The notes below the pieces were generated by a model that saw nothing but the letters and a program-made list of their open reading frames with translations, was not told where the DNA came from and searched no databases. A stretch of 64,000 nt of DNA from Perna viridis. Taxonomy: Eukaryota. The translations under genes and the position numbers were made by a program. Every line of letters begins with the position of its first letter. The first letter of the stretch is position 1. Where the stretch lies: assembly GCA_037379345.1 (NCBI GenBank), contig CM074520.1:7068001-7132000 (forward strand), read 5' to 3'. Positions 63,635 through 64,000 of the stretch are shown here, one piece after another.

Positions 63635-63705
63635 GAAAGGGTCATGGACCTTGTGCCTTGTTTAGTGATGGAGATTACATCGGACAGATAGCTTCAGCTA
63701 AAGAT
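63635..63705 (+). CDS. MYCBP2: MYCBP2 exon 10 (gene continues beyond window)
   Basis: GKGHGPCALFSDGDYIGQIASAKD (cf. LFTDGEYINQIAASRD); donor GAT|GTAAGT; 71 nt. Confidence 0.9.
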
Positions 63706-64000
63706 GTAAGTTGTTGGTCTAGTAGTATATGTTCCTAAGGCTTAGCCTGATATGAAAAAATACTGGATCTTGGTTGAAAAAACGAAATAAAAAAAAGTAA
63801 TGATAAACCTTATTTATCAGTAGATTAAATGTGTAGAAAATTTCAAGCATCTTCTTGACCATGATTTTTTTAACATCTTGCCAGTTGGTTAGTGGTGCAC
63901 CGATCATCGGGAACATCGAATTATAGGTCGTTTGTGGGGGGCATTGATGATTGATTTCAAAATAGATTGATCGTTTCTGTCTTTAAAATATGAAGATTTT

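Noticed and set aside
55783-63705. HECTD4 as the identity of the plus-strand gene
   Set aside because: It shares a DG.YLY/GSG..GT-like motif, but PIKLPK, LQGQQPE..SEPPEV and LQ.SVQAVL.GK fit MYCBP2 much better.

Overview
AT-rich animal genomic DNA, most likely a bivalve mollusc (repeat families resemble mytilid/oyster repeats; this is inference). It holds the 5' parts of two large head-to-head genes, both running off the window. (1) Minus strand: Dachsous protocadherin (DCHS1/ds orthologue), 5 coding exons (43403-41643, 6027-5844, 4763-4533, 1842-1424, 1087-<1; about 1227 codons) with a 35.6-kb intron after the first coding exon. (2) Plus strand: MYCBP2/Highwire/RPM-1 E3 ligase, 10 coding exons from ATG 49877 to 63705 (411 codons). 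All junctions are GT-AG and phase-consistent. The rest is intron or intergenic DNA with MITEs, a tRNA-SINE, Penelope-like retroelement 3' ends and mini/microsatellites. The most unusual feature is a 10-copy 54-bp minisatellite (4028-4556) built from the Dachsous exon-3/intron junction itself. It creates a ladder of in-frame 5' splice sites, with two killed copies and one stop codon limiting the productive choices. MYCBP2 has a second, dead exon-junction duplicate, and two MITE ends that appear to supply branch points. No prokaryote-type system is present.
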